The position numbers and the translations under genes were made by a program. From contig CM060731.1 of the NCBI GenBank assembly GCA_030704615.1, positions 34,782,001 through 34,846,000 on the forward strand: a DNA stretch of 64,000 nt, written 5' to 3'. Under the pieces are notes generated by a model, which was given only the letters and a program-made list of their open reading frames with translations, did no database searches and was not told where the DNA came from. Numbering within the stretch: the stretch's first letter is position 1; each line of letters starts with the position of its first letter. Positions 14,287 to 25,499 of this stretch are shown piece by piece. This DNA is from Takakia lepidozioides. Its lineage: Eukaryota > Plantae > Bryophyta.

Positions 14287-15379
14287 GTGGGATGTGTAAT
14301 GTGAACTAATTTTCCCTCATTAGATTGCATTGATTCTTGGTTCCTTTCTGATGATCACTCACGGATAAAGGCGCAGAGCAATCTTTCGGTTGGTTGTTGA
14401 TAATAGTTGAGGCAAAAAGGGGTGCACCCACCATTGAAGTGGACTAGTCACTTTTGGAATAGTAGAGGGGATGAAACCAGCTGTGTTACATGCTGGTATT
14501 GTCCTACTGGAGAAAAATAGAATATCTGAATATAGATCAGGTTGCTGGGTATTTTTGGTTTGACTACTGAAGTCTGATTGCTCTAGTTCAAACCTGATCT
14601 ATGGCCGGCCTTGTTATGGGCTTGGTTTTTGTACATCTGTAGGTAGTTTTTAATTGAGGTGCTCCACTATTTTCATTGTTGACTAAACTTGAATGTTCTC
14701 TATGGATGGTTGTTACCCTGTGTTGTATGTTGAAGTTGGGTTTGGGTTTAATGTTCTTGGGCCAGTGTTGTTTGTATAACCTGATGTTCGGTTAGGCTTA
14801 CATGATTATTTCACCTGTTACATGTTTTTCGTCTTTTGTCCCTCCATTTCAGACTATTTCCGACAGTTATGGGGCTGCTCCTCTGGTTGAGTGTGAAACG
14901 CAGCGAGATGAAGGGTTGAAGGGCTTGGGACAGGGAAGGGGGCGTCTGACGTTGGTGTTTGAAGGGATTGGTGAACTAAACTTGGGAAAGAAGGGTTCTA
15001 GCTCTAGACTGTGGTGGTTGTGGTATTCAAAACACATACACACTCATCGTTCCTCTTCCATCAGTTAATCGAATCAGATTGCAGTTGTCTATAGGGTTGT
15101 CTCCAGTTGAGTGTAATCGTTCAGCACCCTTCCTCCGAAATTGCTGAGAGCCCGGTCCCTCGCACAATCTATCAGTCTAGGAAACGCTGATGCTGCGTCT
15201 CCCAAAACAGATGCCAAATTAGGGAACTTCACGTCAGGCGGACATTGAAACCAGCCAATCTTTAAAACTGAACTGGAGACATTCTTGGTCCTCCATGACG
15301 ATAGAATCTTGCAGCTCTATCTCCATGTGTTCTAAATGAATCTTGCAGCCTGTCTGCAGCTCTATCTCCATGTGTTCTA

Positions 15380-16110
15380 AATGTATTGGGGAGGTTTAGG
15401 GTGGGCTCACACCGTCTGCGGAAACAGACTAATAGCTGGGACACACTCAATTTGAGGACCGGCCGTTGCCCGCTTCGCAGTGGGGAAAACATGGAAATGG
15501 AAAGTGAAGAACATTTCTTCCTTCTAATGTCATTTCTACTATGACATCCGTGGAAGATCCTTTTGTCTTTTCCGTGATACCCAATCTCTCATGGAGGTCT
15601 TCCATTACGAGGATCAGAAATGCTGAGCCGTATGTCTACTATCTAATCTCCCTTGACCAATAGTCGGTGTTCGGCTGCTCGTGGAGGGCCTCTTATGGAA
15701 CTATATGTCAGGAGAACTTGGAACCTACCCAATCTCACGACAAAGCTCCATTTCTATCGATAGACATTCATGGTTCTTCGTTATGATAGAATGTTGAGGC
15801 CCATTTACCTTTCGGCATCTTTATCTTCTTCCCTCCTGAGGGCATTGGGGCGTTTCAGGGTGGGCTCCCACAACCTACGGATAGAGACTCGCAGATGGGA
15901 AAACCTGCAACGGGAAGGACCGCCTATGTTCAGCTTGCACAGAGCCTGTGCGAGCTGGACCGGGAAATTTGATACTGAAGAACACTTCTTCTATTGCCCT
16001 CTATACCGTCCACTGTCTATTCCGTGGGACCCAATCTCTCACTGAAGTTTCCCACTATGAGGATCAGAAATGGTTGGCAGCGTACCTGCACGAGGCCTTC
16101 ACTCGAGCAA
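15380..16110 (+). mobile_element. Two tandem degenerate 3' fragments of a non-LTR retrotransposon (LINE ORF2 C-terminal Cys/His region)
   Basis: LGRFRVGSH(R/N)LR...E(S/T)EEHFF occurs twice (~15385-15625 and ~15840-16100), each followed by cca(t/c)ta(c/t)gaggatcagaaatg. It resembles the RFRxGSHxLxIETGRW..C..C..EDEEHF.. motif at LINE ORF2 ends. Frameshifted. Confidence 0.7.
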
Positions 16111-17514
16111 TAGTTTTTATTTTTGGCTCTGGGGTTTTTGGTTTCCTCTCTCATGTTTTCTTCCATTTTGTCACATAAGCTCTATGAGCTTTCCGCGGAC
16201 GTTATAATGCACCATTTCATTTCATGTCTTGTCCATGAACTCGATGAGGTTTCCGCCTACGTTTCAAACAACCATTTCGTTTCTTTCATTCTTCTCGATG
16301 GAGAGTAGCCAAGGTCCATGGGAGTAATGCTGGGCCAGGATCTTTGCATTTGAATGATGACATCTGTGGTCGTGCATGCAAACGCCTTCGGTTATAATAT
16401 CCCGGAATAACCTGAACGACCTGTTAGTTTAGAAACTGGCAGCTATCAACCATTCGCTGAATCTCTCGCCACCGGGCCCTCTGAGTAAAGCAATCATATT
16501 CTGAAGTTGCGCACTGCTGGATTTTACTTGTTATTATCTCTTGGTATCCTTGTTTATGTACATACAGTTCTAAGAAACTCTGAAAGATTAGTCATAGTGG
16601 GCTCCATTTGTGAGACATCTTCATGCTTGTACAGCACATAGCATTAACACCATGCCTGTAAAACAAAACTTTCTTTTTCGGGCTCCATCTTGATCACATT
16701 CTTGCTGCAATCTTTCTCTCAGACATTGGTATGTGGCTGTGGTAAGTATAGCAAACCCATGTATTGATATAAATAGCAATGTCTAGGTGCACCAGTTTGA
16801 AACTAACAAGTGTGTTGTCGAGTGTCAGGGAAGAAGACTTGCAAGGGAGGATGAAGCGGCAAGGTTGAGCCCAGTTCCTGAGAAACTGATTTTCAATACA
16901 GGAAAATGTGTGTGGCAAATGAAGGTTATGCATGAAGAAATCTCGTCATTCATGACAGCACAAGGTGGTTGGCAAAACTTAAATGGAGGGGGGGGAGGCT
17001 TATTAGTCATAGATTCCATGCAGGACAGAGCGATGATGCGTAGCACTCATGGGTATGAGCAATGCTATCATGCGTTTCCTCCACAGCCATCATGACTGTC
17101 TTTGCTCAGGTGTGGAGTCTTCTCTCCCTTGCTGCTCTCTGAGCAAAATGCAGAGACATGAAAGGTGGCTTTAGAAGCACCTGGGCTGCACCCTCTGTTG
17201 TACCTCCTTGCTTCATTTCTTATCCCACATATATGATCGATGAGTGTACAAATTGGTGGGTTTTTTCTGGAGATCTGCTCCCAAATTTTGTCAGCAGGGT
17301 GCAGGGGGTAGGTGGTGACATGATCATTGAACTGCCACTCTCTGTTAATTGTACCATTGGACATGAGTTTATAGAAGGGGTTCAGGGTTTTTGAAAGTCA
17401 ACTGAGGCAACAATTAATGAGCCTCGGGACGTGAGAGAGAGCGACGCTTGGACTCTCGCATTTACACAAGTTGCACTCTCAAGGAACTGGGTGTAGCAGG
17501 CAAGCCCTGTGGGG

Positions 17515-18070
17515 ATCTTGGACCCAAAATTTTGAAAAAGAACATGGGTTGTCAGTTTGCTTCTTTTGTTGGACAAAGACAAAGCACTTAGAGTAAAATA
17601 TTGATGGAAGTTGGGACGTTGGTACACTTGGATGCGGAAATTGGAAGAAGACCATGGTTTGTTTGTTTGCTCCATTTGCAGTTTTCGTTAGACATGAACA
17701 GTAAAAACGGTTGTTTGGACACAAATATTGAAAGATAACCATGTTTTGTTTGTTCGCCTGTTTGCAGTTTTTGCGTTTTGTTTGACAAAGATGGAGAGTA
17801 AAATTTCAATGGGGGTTCAGAACTTTGGACGCAGAAAATGGAAGAAGAACATGGTTTGTTTGTTTGTTGGTTAGTTCGTTTTGCACTTTGGAAGAAGATG
17901 GAGTGTAAAATTTCAATGGGAATCAGAAGTTTGGACGCAACAATTGGAAGAAAAACAGGGTTTGTTTGTTTGTCCGTTTGCAATTTTTGTTTGACAAAAA
18001 AGAGTAAGAACACTATGGGGTTCTGAGTTTAGGGTTTATGGCTAAAATTGGAAGAAGAACATGGTTTTAA
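17515..18070. repeat. Degenerate ~105-120-bp tandem repeat (about 5 units)
   Basis: Recurring ttggac.caaa..ttggaagaagaacatggtttgtttg...gcagtttt..ttgacaaa..gagtaaaa blocks. Confidence 0.7.
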
Positions 18071-18644
18071 AAAATAATAATAATATGTAATAATTGTTTG
18101 ACAAAACAGACTAGAAATCCATCGTGAGACCGACGAGAATGAATGAATGAACGAATGATCTGGACAAAACTAGAGAAGTACGGTGGGAGTTGCTAAGTAC
18201 AGGCATTGCATTAAATGAGGGAAATATCTAGAATATGTGAGACAGAGATTTGCTGCAAAATTCTAGTGTTTTACCGACATTACCGGCTATTCCCGGTGGC
18301 CGGTAGAACGGTAGGGCTCCTGGATAGAGGTCACGTGATGGCCGACAATCTAGCAAAGCTACGCTACCCCCTACGACCTATGCCGCGACCGTATCTAGCG
18401 CTGAATACGGTGTACAGCACCAATACAAAGCAAGGGAATTGCCTTAAGTCATATCCTTTATTATTATTATTCTTTGCTTAGATTGCTTCATCTAGGGGAA
18501 CTGGTGTGCAGGCTGTTTCCCAGTGGGGTTTGTCATCCATCCTTTTATCATCCAGAATATGATGTTTGCATTGTTTGGTACACTGGGTTGTGAGAAGGAT
18601 AACATCGGGGAGAAGAAATAAAAGAAAGTGAGAGAGAGATGCGG

Positions 18645-18900
18645 ATACCTTGTTTTTCTTCCCATTCCGAACACCATGTTTCGCATTTTTCACTTTAGAC
18701 CTTGTTTTTTTCACCATTCCGAAGACCATGTTTCGCATTTCCACTTTAGATCTTGTTCTTTTCTCTCGTTCCGATGACCATGTTTCACATTTCCAGATTA
18801 GATGTTTTTTTTTCCCATTCCAAAGCCGATGTTTGGCATTTTCATTTTAGGTGTTCTTTTTCCGGGTTCTAAAGATGATGTTTGGAATATGCATTTTACA
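18645..18900. repeat. Degenerate ~52-55-bp tandem repeat (4-5 units)
   Basis: Recurring ttccgaa.accatgtttcgcattt..cactttaga units. Confidence 0.7.
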
Positions 18901-19033
18901 TGTGATATGTTGGGCACATGCAAGATGATGAAGGCGTATTAATGTATCACACAAAACAATCTTAGTTTGAACTAGTCAAAGTGTGCCATATATGTCAGGC
19001 ATGTGCTCTACACAAACACACACATCCCAAATA

Positions 19034-19133
19034 GGAGAGGGACAAAGGCTGGCAGGACAGGCTCATGAGCAGGCTTCCTTAATGCCCTGCGCTTTTTCCA
19101 AGTCTCTCTCTGACTGGCCTTGTTGCCCTCTTC
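19034..19133 (+). ncRNA. Candidate pre-miRNA-like hairpin
   Basis: Arm 19034-19063 pairs with 19101-19133 over ~30 bp (G:U allowed, few bulges). Inner gcagg/cctgc stem. GTAAGT donor at 19141. Mature family not recognised. Confidence 0.35.
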
Positions 19134-21631
19134 CAGATGTGTAAGTCAGAGATGGTAAAATCTGGGAAGCTGTCACTCCTGTTCACAAGCTTCTACATAT
19201 TGCTCAAGGCCTGGGGTTTCCGTCAACTGGATCCATGGTTGTTGGGTTCCATGGCATTCCTCCCGGTCCTAGCCTTGCTAACTAATGTGCCCCCATCTTC
19301 GAGCTCACGGCCGGGTTCCCAACTTTGTAGCGGTCGCTAATTAAAATGCCACACTAGGAGCCCGTCTTGGGGACCACCTAATAAGTTTCTCCATAATTTT
19401 GGAACTCATGGCTGGGCCCGGGCCGAACCATAATAGAGTCCATTTCTTGCTGGGTGTTTATAAAAAGCTTGGTTTGAAACCCATAAAGCCAACATTCTAG
19501 TGGTTTATCATAACACCCACATTCATGGGTGTTATGAAACTCTCGATGGATCCAACTTTCAGCTGGCATCCCAACATTTTCAAGAACCCTAATGAGGCAG
19601 AAAAGACAGGGAAAAGACGCCAGGCAGATTGGGCACTCGTGATGCAAGAATGAGGCCCTAGTGAAAGAGGCTTGCAGAAAATCAATCCTACGCAAATTGT
19701 TGATTGCAAAGGCAGGACTTATAACGGCCTCCACCTACTTACCGTTATGCCTGCATTTGAGTGGTAACAGATTAAAGACGGAGAGGTAAGAGGGATGAAC
19801 ACCACACAAACACACACGCACCATCTTCTTAGTTACAAGCACTGTACTGCGAAAGTTAAATGGGAGTCAAAGATGGCAGGGGAGGTGGGGAGAAGACTTC
19901 TCTGGCAGCTGCATGGAAGCAAATCTCCCACATGACTTGGGGCAGATTTTACCATGATTAATGATTACAACACTATAATGACCTTGCGAAGCTCTGTTTA
20001 TATTAGGGACTGTCACAATACAAATACACAAGGTCCAGTTCCAAGTGGTGACAGCTCAAATAGGCCAAAATGGGTTCATATATGTTCCCTGGTCAATGCA
20101 GCGTTTAATGTACGATGCTAATAAAAGGTCTTAGCAACCTTTATGGGCCCTGGCTTGTGGGAAATTATTGTCCATGGTTCAATCAACCTTGCAATTCCAT
20201 TGGAGGGTCACACCTTAGTGGTGTGCGCAGCAGAGGAAGGGATTCTCTCATTGAAGCAATGGTCTAAATGCACTTGAGGAGTCATGCCATATGATATTCG
20301 TCGGTTGCAAGCCTTTTTCAATATCATAAGACAAAGCAGCACAGCATAAACAAAAGTGTTTATAAACTGTATAAAGGGATATAGGCTTACAGTTATGAAC
20401 AGTTGATGAAAGTTGTGCGCTTATGTTGGATCGCTGTCAACGCACACAAATCTAGAAACATCACCTTGCATTGCGCTTGCCCCCAATCATAACATGTCGA
20501 GAATATGTTCCTAAACCGTTCCAGAGTTGTTAGAACACTATCTTCCCTCCCACCTAAAAGAAGGCGGATGAAGAATTTCAAAATAGTGGATGCAGAGATC
20601 CTAAAACAGGAAGAATAACAAGAGGATGAGATAAAGAGTAGATAACGGCTTAGGGCAAACAAGCAGTCGGAGAACAGGTCAGAAATACCGTTAGTGGCAG
20701 TGGCGCTGCAACCTTTTTTGGACATCCACCAGTCCCAGCCAACGGGGTTGTCTCTCTCACATTCGCCCACCATGGACGTTAACTAAGAAACAGAGCTGCG
20801 AGAGTCAGAGAGGGTGCCAGCCTCAGCAGCTAGAGCAAGCTATGGGAAGGTCACGCTTGGCGTTATGACGCACCCCCTGCCTTACGTCATAGCTGCTGCT
20901 GTGGCGGCGCCCCTCCGCAGCTAATTAAGGCTTCTGACAAGACCAGAGTCTGTGAGGCCTTGCCCCCACTCTTCGTCAACCGCCAACTTCTGCTACTATC
21001 CATGGCCTATATCTTCTTTCTGGCCTCTGGGATGCAGACATACAGCTTGTAATAGTCTGTCCCGAAAACATAGAGAGATAATGCAATCTGCGAGGCCACC
21101 TTGCTCGCACTCCCTCCCACACACTTGCCCACTTTGTTGGGCTCCTGTAAGGGATTTCACACAGATTCCGACTTCTGGATTTGGTAGAGACAAGGAACAG
21201 AGAACAACGAAACAATAAACATGCCGATAGAATCATCGCATTCGACACAGCAACTCAAGACATGACGCAATTGAACCATGCATGAATAAGTGAGCACTGC
21301 CATTATACAGCGTTTCGCAAAGCTTTTGTACAGATCAGATGTGACGATCTACAATAAATCACATGAATCGTAGTTAATCCTTCAGTTGTTAAGATTTTTG
21401 TTACGTTAGGGGTTGCCAACGTTATCACACCTGCTTCTTCTGCACGACATGGAGAATTTTTTGCTCAGAGTCATACTTGATCCTAGAGCGTTCTCTTGGT
21501 GGCTGTTTGACTCTAACTGAATCTACGGCCTCCTACTTTCTTCTCGGTTCTTTTCAGTGCTTGGCTAGTGATGGGGTTAGAGAGTTTCAAAATGTGCACC
21601 GGCCTGGCCACAGAGGTCCATCTGCTGTGTG

Positions 21632-23789
21632 CTATAGGGCAGTAAGGCCGCAAGGTGTGCTACAAAACTCATCTAGCTTTCGCCGCTTTAGTGCTGTTGC
21701 TGTGGCCAACCGAACAGCTGGGCTTGCCTCTCCAGAACCTATAGTACTATCACTGGCACAGCTACTTTGAGATGCTGCCTCCAGTACTCCATTAGGGCTC
21801 AGAGCTCCCAACGCGCAACAGAAATTCTTCCGCTTCCCCGGCACTCGCTGGCAATAAGGATCCACCAGTAACTGTTGCATATTAAGAAAACATTTTTTCA
21901 CTGCTTCCTGCACAGAATTGTCCCCACGGAAGTATGAGATACACAACAAAAAAATTTAACCATCCATCAGATGCATCTGATATCATTTCCCAAGGGGGAA
22001 CGAGGACGAAGGAACTTCAGAAGATTTCGTCAGCTGCATTTCAAGACTAAAAGCCGGTTTGTGGTAAAGAGGAGGCTGTTTCGATGATTTCACAAGGAAG
22101 ATCCTATCCGACCCTAGGCAGCAGCTCACCTCCTCGACAGAGAGATCAGAGAACACTCGCTGAAGGTCAGCAGCTTGCAAGGGCGTCGCTTCTTCAAGGG
22201 AACAGATAATGGCGGCAGCAGCAATTGCTGACGGCCGGTAGACAAGAAACGCGGTTTCTGGATCAAACAATCCCTACCTGATTTCAGAAAAATACCTTAA
22301 CCACCTATGCGAAAGCGTACTTCCTCCAATACATTGGTGAAAAACGCAACGTAAACCAGAAGCGTACGCCGTACAAGTACAACGACAGGCAAATCAGAAT
22401 CGCATTTTCCCATAGACCAGATCATAGAGATCTCACCTTTAACAGTTCCCAGAATTAGCTCACTGACACGTTGCAGAAGGGCCCGGAGCAGCAAGTTACT
22501 GATGCCGAGCTTATGGAAGTAGTAATCGATGTAGGAGAATGGCGTAACCGAGCTCATACGCCACTCCAATGTGGACAATACAAGAAGCTCCATTCTTTGG
22601 ATCGTGTGAGCCTCAAATGCGTGCTGGACCTCCTCAACCTGGTGCACATCGATTCAGACAAGGTCAGGCCAAGTAAAGGCACGTGAAACCACCTACGAAT
22701 CACAGAGCACATTAAACAAGGAGGAACCTTTCAAGATGAGGGGGAGAAACTTCAAGACGAGACATTACCTGCAAGTCCAGCAGAATCGGTACTTCCGTCT
22801 CCTCCATTTTGGCAGCCAGAGATATGCAGGCAACTGTCAAGAGTTGAAGCATCCAAGCCTTCCCTTGCTGGATAACAGATACGTTCTGGCTGTTAGTTCC
22901 AGAAGATATTCCACTATTCCTACCGTATTACGTCCTGGTGGACTGAAAGACTCTTAAGAGATTAGAAAGCTTTGCCCTAACCAATCCTATCCTCAACAGA
23001 AAGAGCTGATCAAGCACGAGCAACCAAAGCAACTCATACCGGCAAATGGTGGCGGGACATGAACCGATCCATGTAATTTACAGAGAGCGCGACAGTCAGT
23101 GGACCGAAATTGTAATAAGCTTGAACCTGCCATCAACAGACCATCCTATCTGAAAATCTGATTCTTGCACAGCTTATCGTGTCAACGAAACATTCTGCTT
23201 GGTTGGCCTACGATACTAAGAAATCTCCCTTTAGACATACTTCAAACGACCTAAGTTTGGGAGGATTGAAGCAGAAGCTCAAAAAGAGAACGGACTGTTC
23301 ACATGACACATTGATCAGCGAACAACGCGCTCAGCTCACATTCATCTAATCTTTACAGCTAATCGGGGATGAGAATACACTCCGGTGTGTGGACAAACAC
23401 GACAATGAAGCTCCAAAGAAAATCAACACGGCTGAGCAATCGTCTGGCAATTGATTTCCGGCTCAGCGAAGTACGGGAAAGTTCCCCAGGGCCATGTAAG
23501 GAGAGGAGACCTTCAGCATCCAGCGGATAGCGTTCTGACGAGCTCCAGCATTAAGGCTTTTGGCATGATATCTTTCCAAGTAGTCTTCTTCAGGCATATA
23601 TCGTGCCTCTTTCTGCAGGAGAGTTGATATGGCCTCCTCATCGTCGACAGAAAAATCGAGGAGAACATCAGGACGAAAATCCTCCGCGGCTTCGACCTCA
23701 CTGTATTTGCTATTATCTTCCTCCCATGCACTCCCGCTCACATCTTCGGCACAATAGAGACTCGCAGTGCAGTCAATGCTGGGTGCCAT
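21632..23789 (-). CDS. CYCD: D-type cyclin; 6 coding exons
   Basis: Exons 23789-23511, 23126-23040, 22867-22769, 22638-22437, 22257-22130, 21907-21632 (GT-AG). N-terminal RBR-binding LxCxE (LYCAE). Cyclin box ARQNAIRWMLK..VNYMDRF..WMLQLLTVACISLAAKMEE..TIQRMELLVLSTLEWRM. C-terminal SPNGVL and KRRKL. Confidence 0.96.
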
Positions 23790-24478
23790 CCCGCTGGAGG
23801 ACTTCCCTCCCACAGGTTCCCCGCCACTTCATGCATGGCAGACTGCAACAAAGGCCATCTTTGAGTCTGTACAACTATTCGGATGTCACCAAGTTTGATC
23901 GAAATACGTTAAATATGTGTGTTAGAAGCTGTTGGACAAGCTGGCTGTATGTATATTACAAGTCCAGAAACAGATCTTTATAACAGAATCTACAAATGTA
24001 CAATGTGGCTACTTCCAAGCCTTATCGCTCACATCCAGCAACGGGAAAGCCACAGATGAGAGACTGGCTGCTCACTGCACTATCCCCGCCTCACTGCGTA
24101 TACACCAAAACAACGCGACCAAACAAAAAGAACAAAAGACCGAGCAACCGTTCCCCTTTCTCCTACTCTATCCTTCCATCAGTGGAACGCCATCAGAAGC
24201 AGGCCAGGCGCTGCCTTGCTTCGCGTTGAGTTCAAGACTGCCGTGAGCTGCTCAAGTACAAGGAGAAGGAAGTCCCTTAATAGTTCAGAGGCAGCGCGGA
24301 GAGCGGTGTAGCGCAGTGTGAGGCGTAAGAGAGCGCAGAGTGTCTTAGCGGAAGTGATAGCAGATATTTAGGCGAGCGTGCCAAACTAGAGACTGCTGTC
24401 TGCTTCAGCTTTTTCATTTGCAGGCCCAAGTTGGCGCGCTTTTCTCCCCCCGTCTACTCCCGCTAGGCAGAGACTAGT

Positions 24479-24503
24479 CCATACCATACCATACCATACC
24501 ATA
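24479..24503. repeat. (CCATA)5 microsatellite in the cyclin D upstream region
   Basis: Read directly from the sequence. Confidence 0.9.
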
Positions 24504-24584
24504 GCTCTCCGTGAGGGCGTAACTGGTAGCAAGGAGCAAGGCTAGAGGCTGGCCTCGTGGGCCTTGTATTAGTGCGCTGCTCCT

Positions 24585-24960
24585 GTACGCTGCTGCCGCT
24601 TCATTATAGCGCCCAAGCGTGAGACCGCGCGCTGGATAATGACTCTGGCATGGCGCCCTCGCCGCTTGGCTGCCTCCAAACTGCGCCTGCCACGCCCTGC
24701 CACCCGCCCCCTCCCTCTACACCATTTGTGCGTGTATGTACGCGAGTTGGTGTACGTAGTCCTACGGCTGGTTTGTACGCTGTGAGCGAGGCGGCGGGGG
24801 GGCCGTAGGTATTAGGGAGAATGTAAATACGACTACGGGTACGGGTACGGCGCCAAGATACATGAATCCCGGTGAGGCGTCGGGCAGCGGATGGCGGGTA
24901 CCGCCAAAAAGAGGCGCCGCTAAAAGGGCGGGAAATTTGGGGGGCAGCGCAGTACAGCGG
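24585..24960. promoter_or_regulatory. GC-rich upstream region of CYCD with E2F-type sites and a GTAC(G) cluster
   Basis: E2F consensus WTTSSCSS on the minus strand at 24901-24908 (TTTGGCGG) and 24927-24935 (TTTCCCGCC). Eight GTAC cores at 24585, 24738, 24752, 24775, 24839, 24845, 24898, 24952. Confidence 0.5.
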
Positions 24961-25118
24961 GCAGGCTGGCGGGTGCCGGAACTCTGTGTCGCTATCTTTA
25001 TTACCGCTCTCTTCTGCCCCCCTGCCATCTTTTGCACTCTTTCCTACCCTAACTCTACCTCGCCTTGCCACTACTCTGGTTAGGGGCCCAACCTACTGGT
25101 TCGAATTGGAGGGGTCTG

Positions 25119-25455
25119 CACCGAGGTCGCTCCGGGTTCATTTGATTTGTTGCAACTTGCGGCCGATGTATCACCGAGGTCGCTCTTGGTTCATTCTATT
25201 TGTTGTGACTTGCGGCCGATGTATCACCGAGGTCGCTCCGGGTTCATTTGATTTGTTGCAACTTGCGGCCGATGCATCACCGAGGTCGCTCTTGGTTCAT
25301 ATGATTTGTTGCGACTTGCGGCCGACGTATCACCGAGGTCACTCCGGGTTCATTTGATTTGTTGCGACTTGCGGCCGATGTATCACCGAGGTCGCTCCGG
25401 GTTCATTTGATTTGTTGCAACTTACGACCGTTTGTTGCGACTTGCGACCGATATA
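25119..25455. repeat. 53-bp minisatellite (~6 copies)
   Basis: Unit caccgaggtcgctccgggttcatttgatttgttgcaacttgcggccgatgtat with period 53 (starts 25119, 25172, ...). Confidence 0.9.
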
Positions 25456-25499
25456 TCATTGATAATTGCGGTCGGAAAATGGCCCATGATAAGTTTATG

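Noticed and set aside
25119-25455. CRISPR-like regular repeats
   Set aside because: Units are head-to-tail with no unique spacers, no cas genes are present, and the context is eukaryotic.
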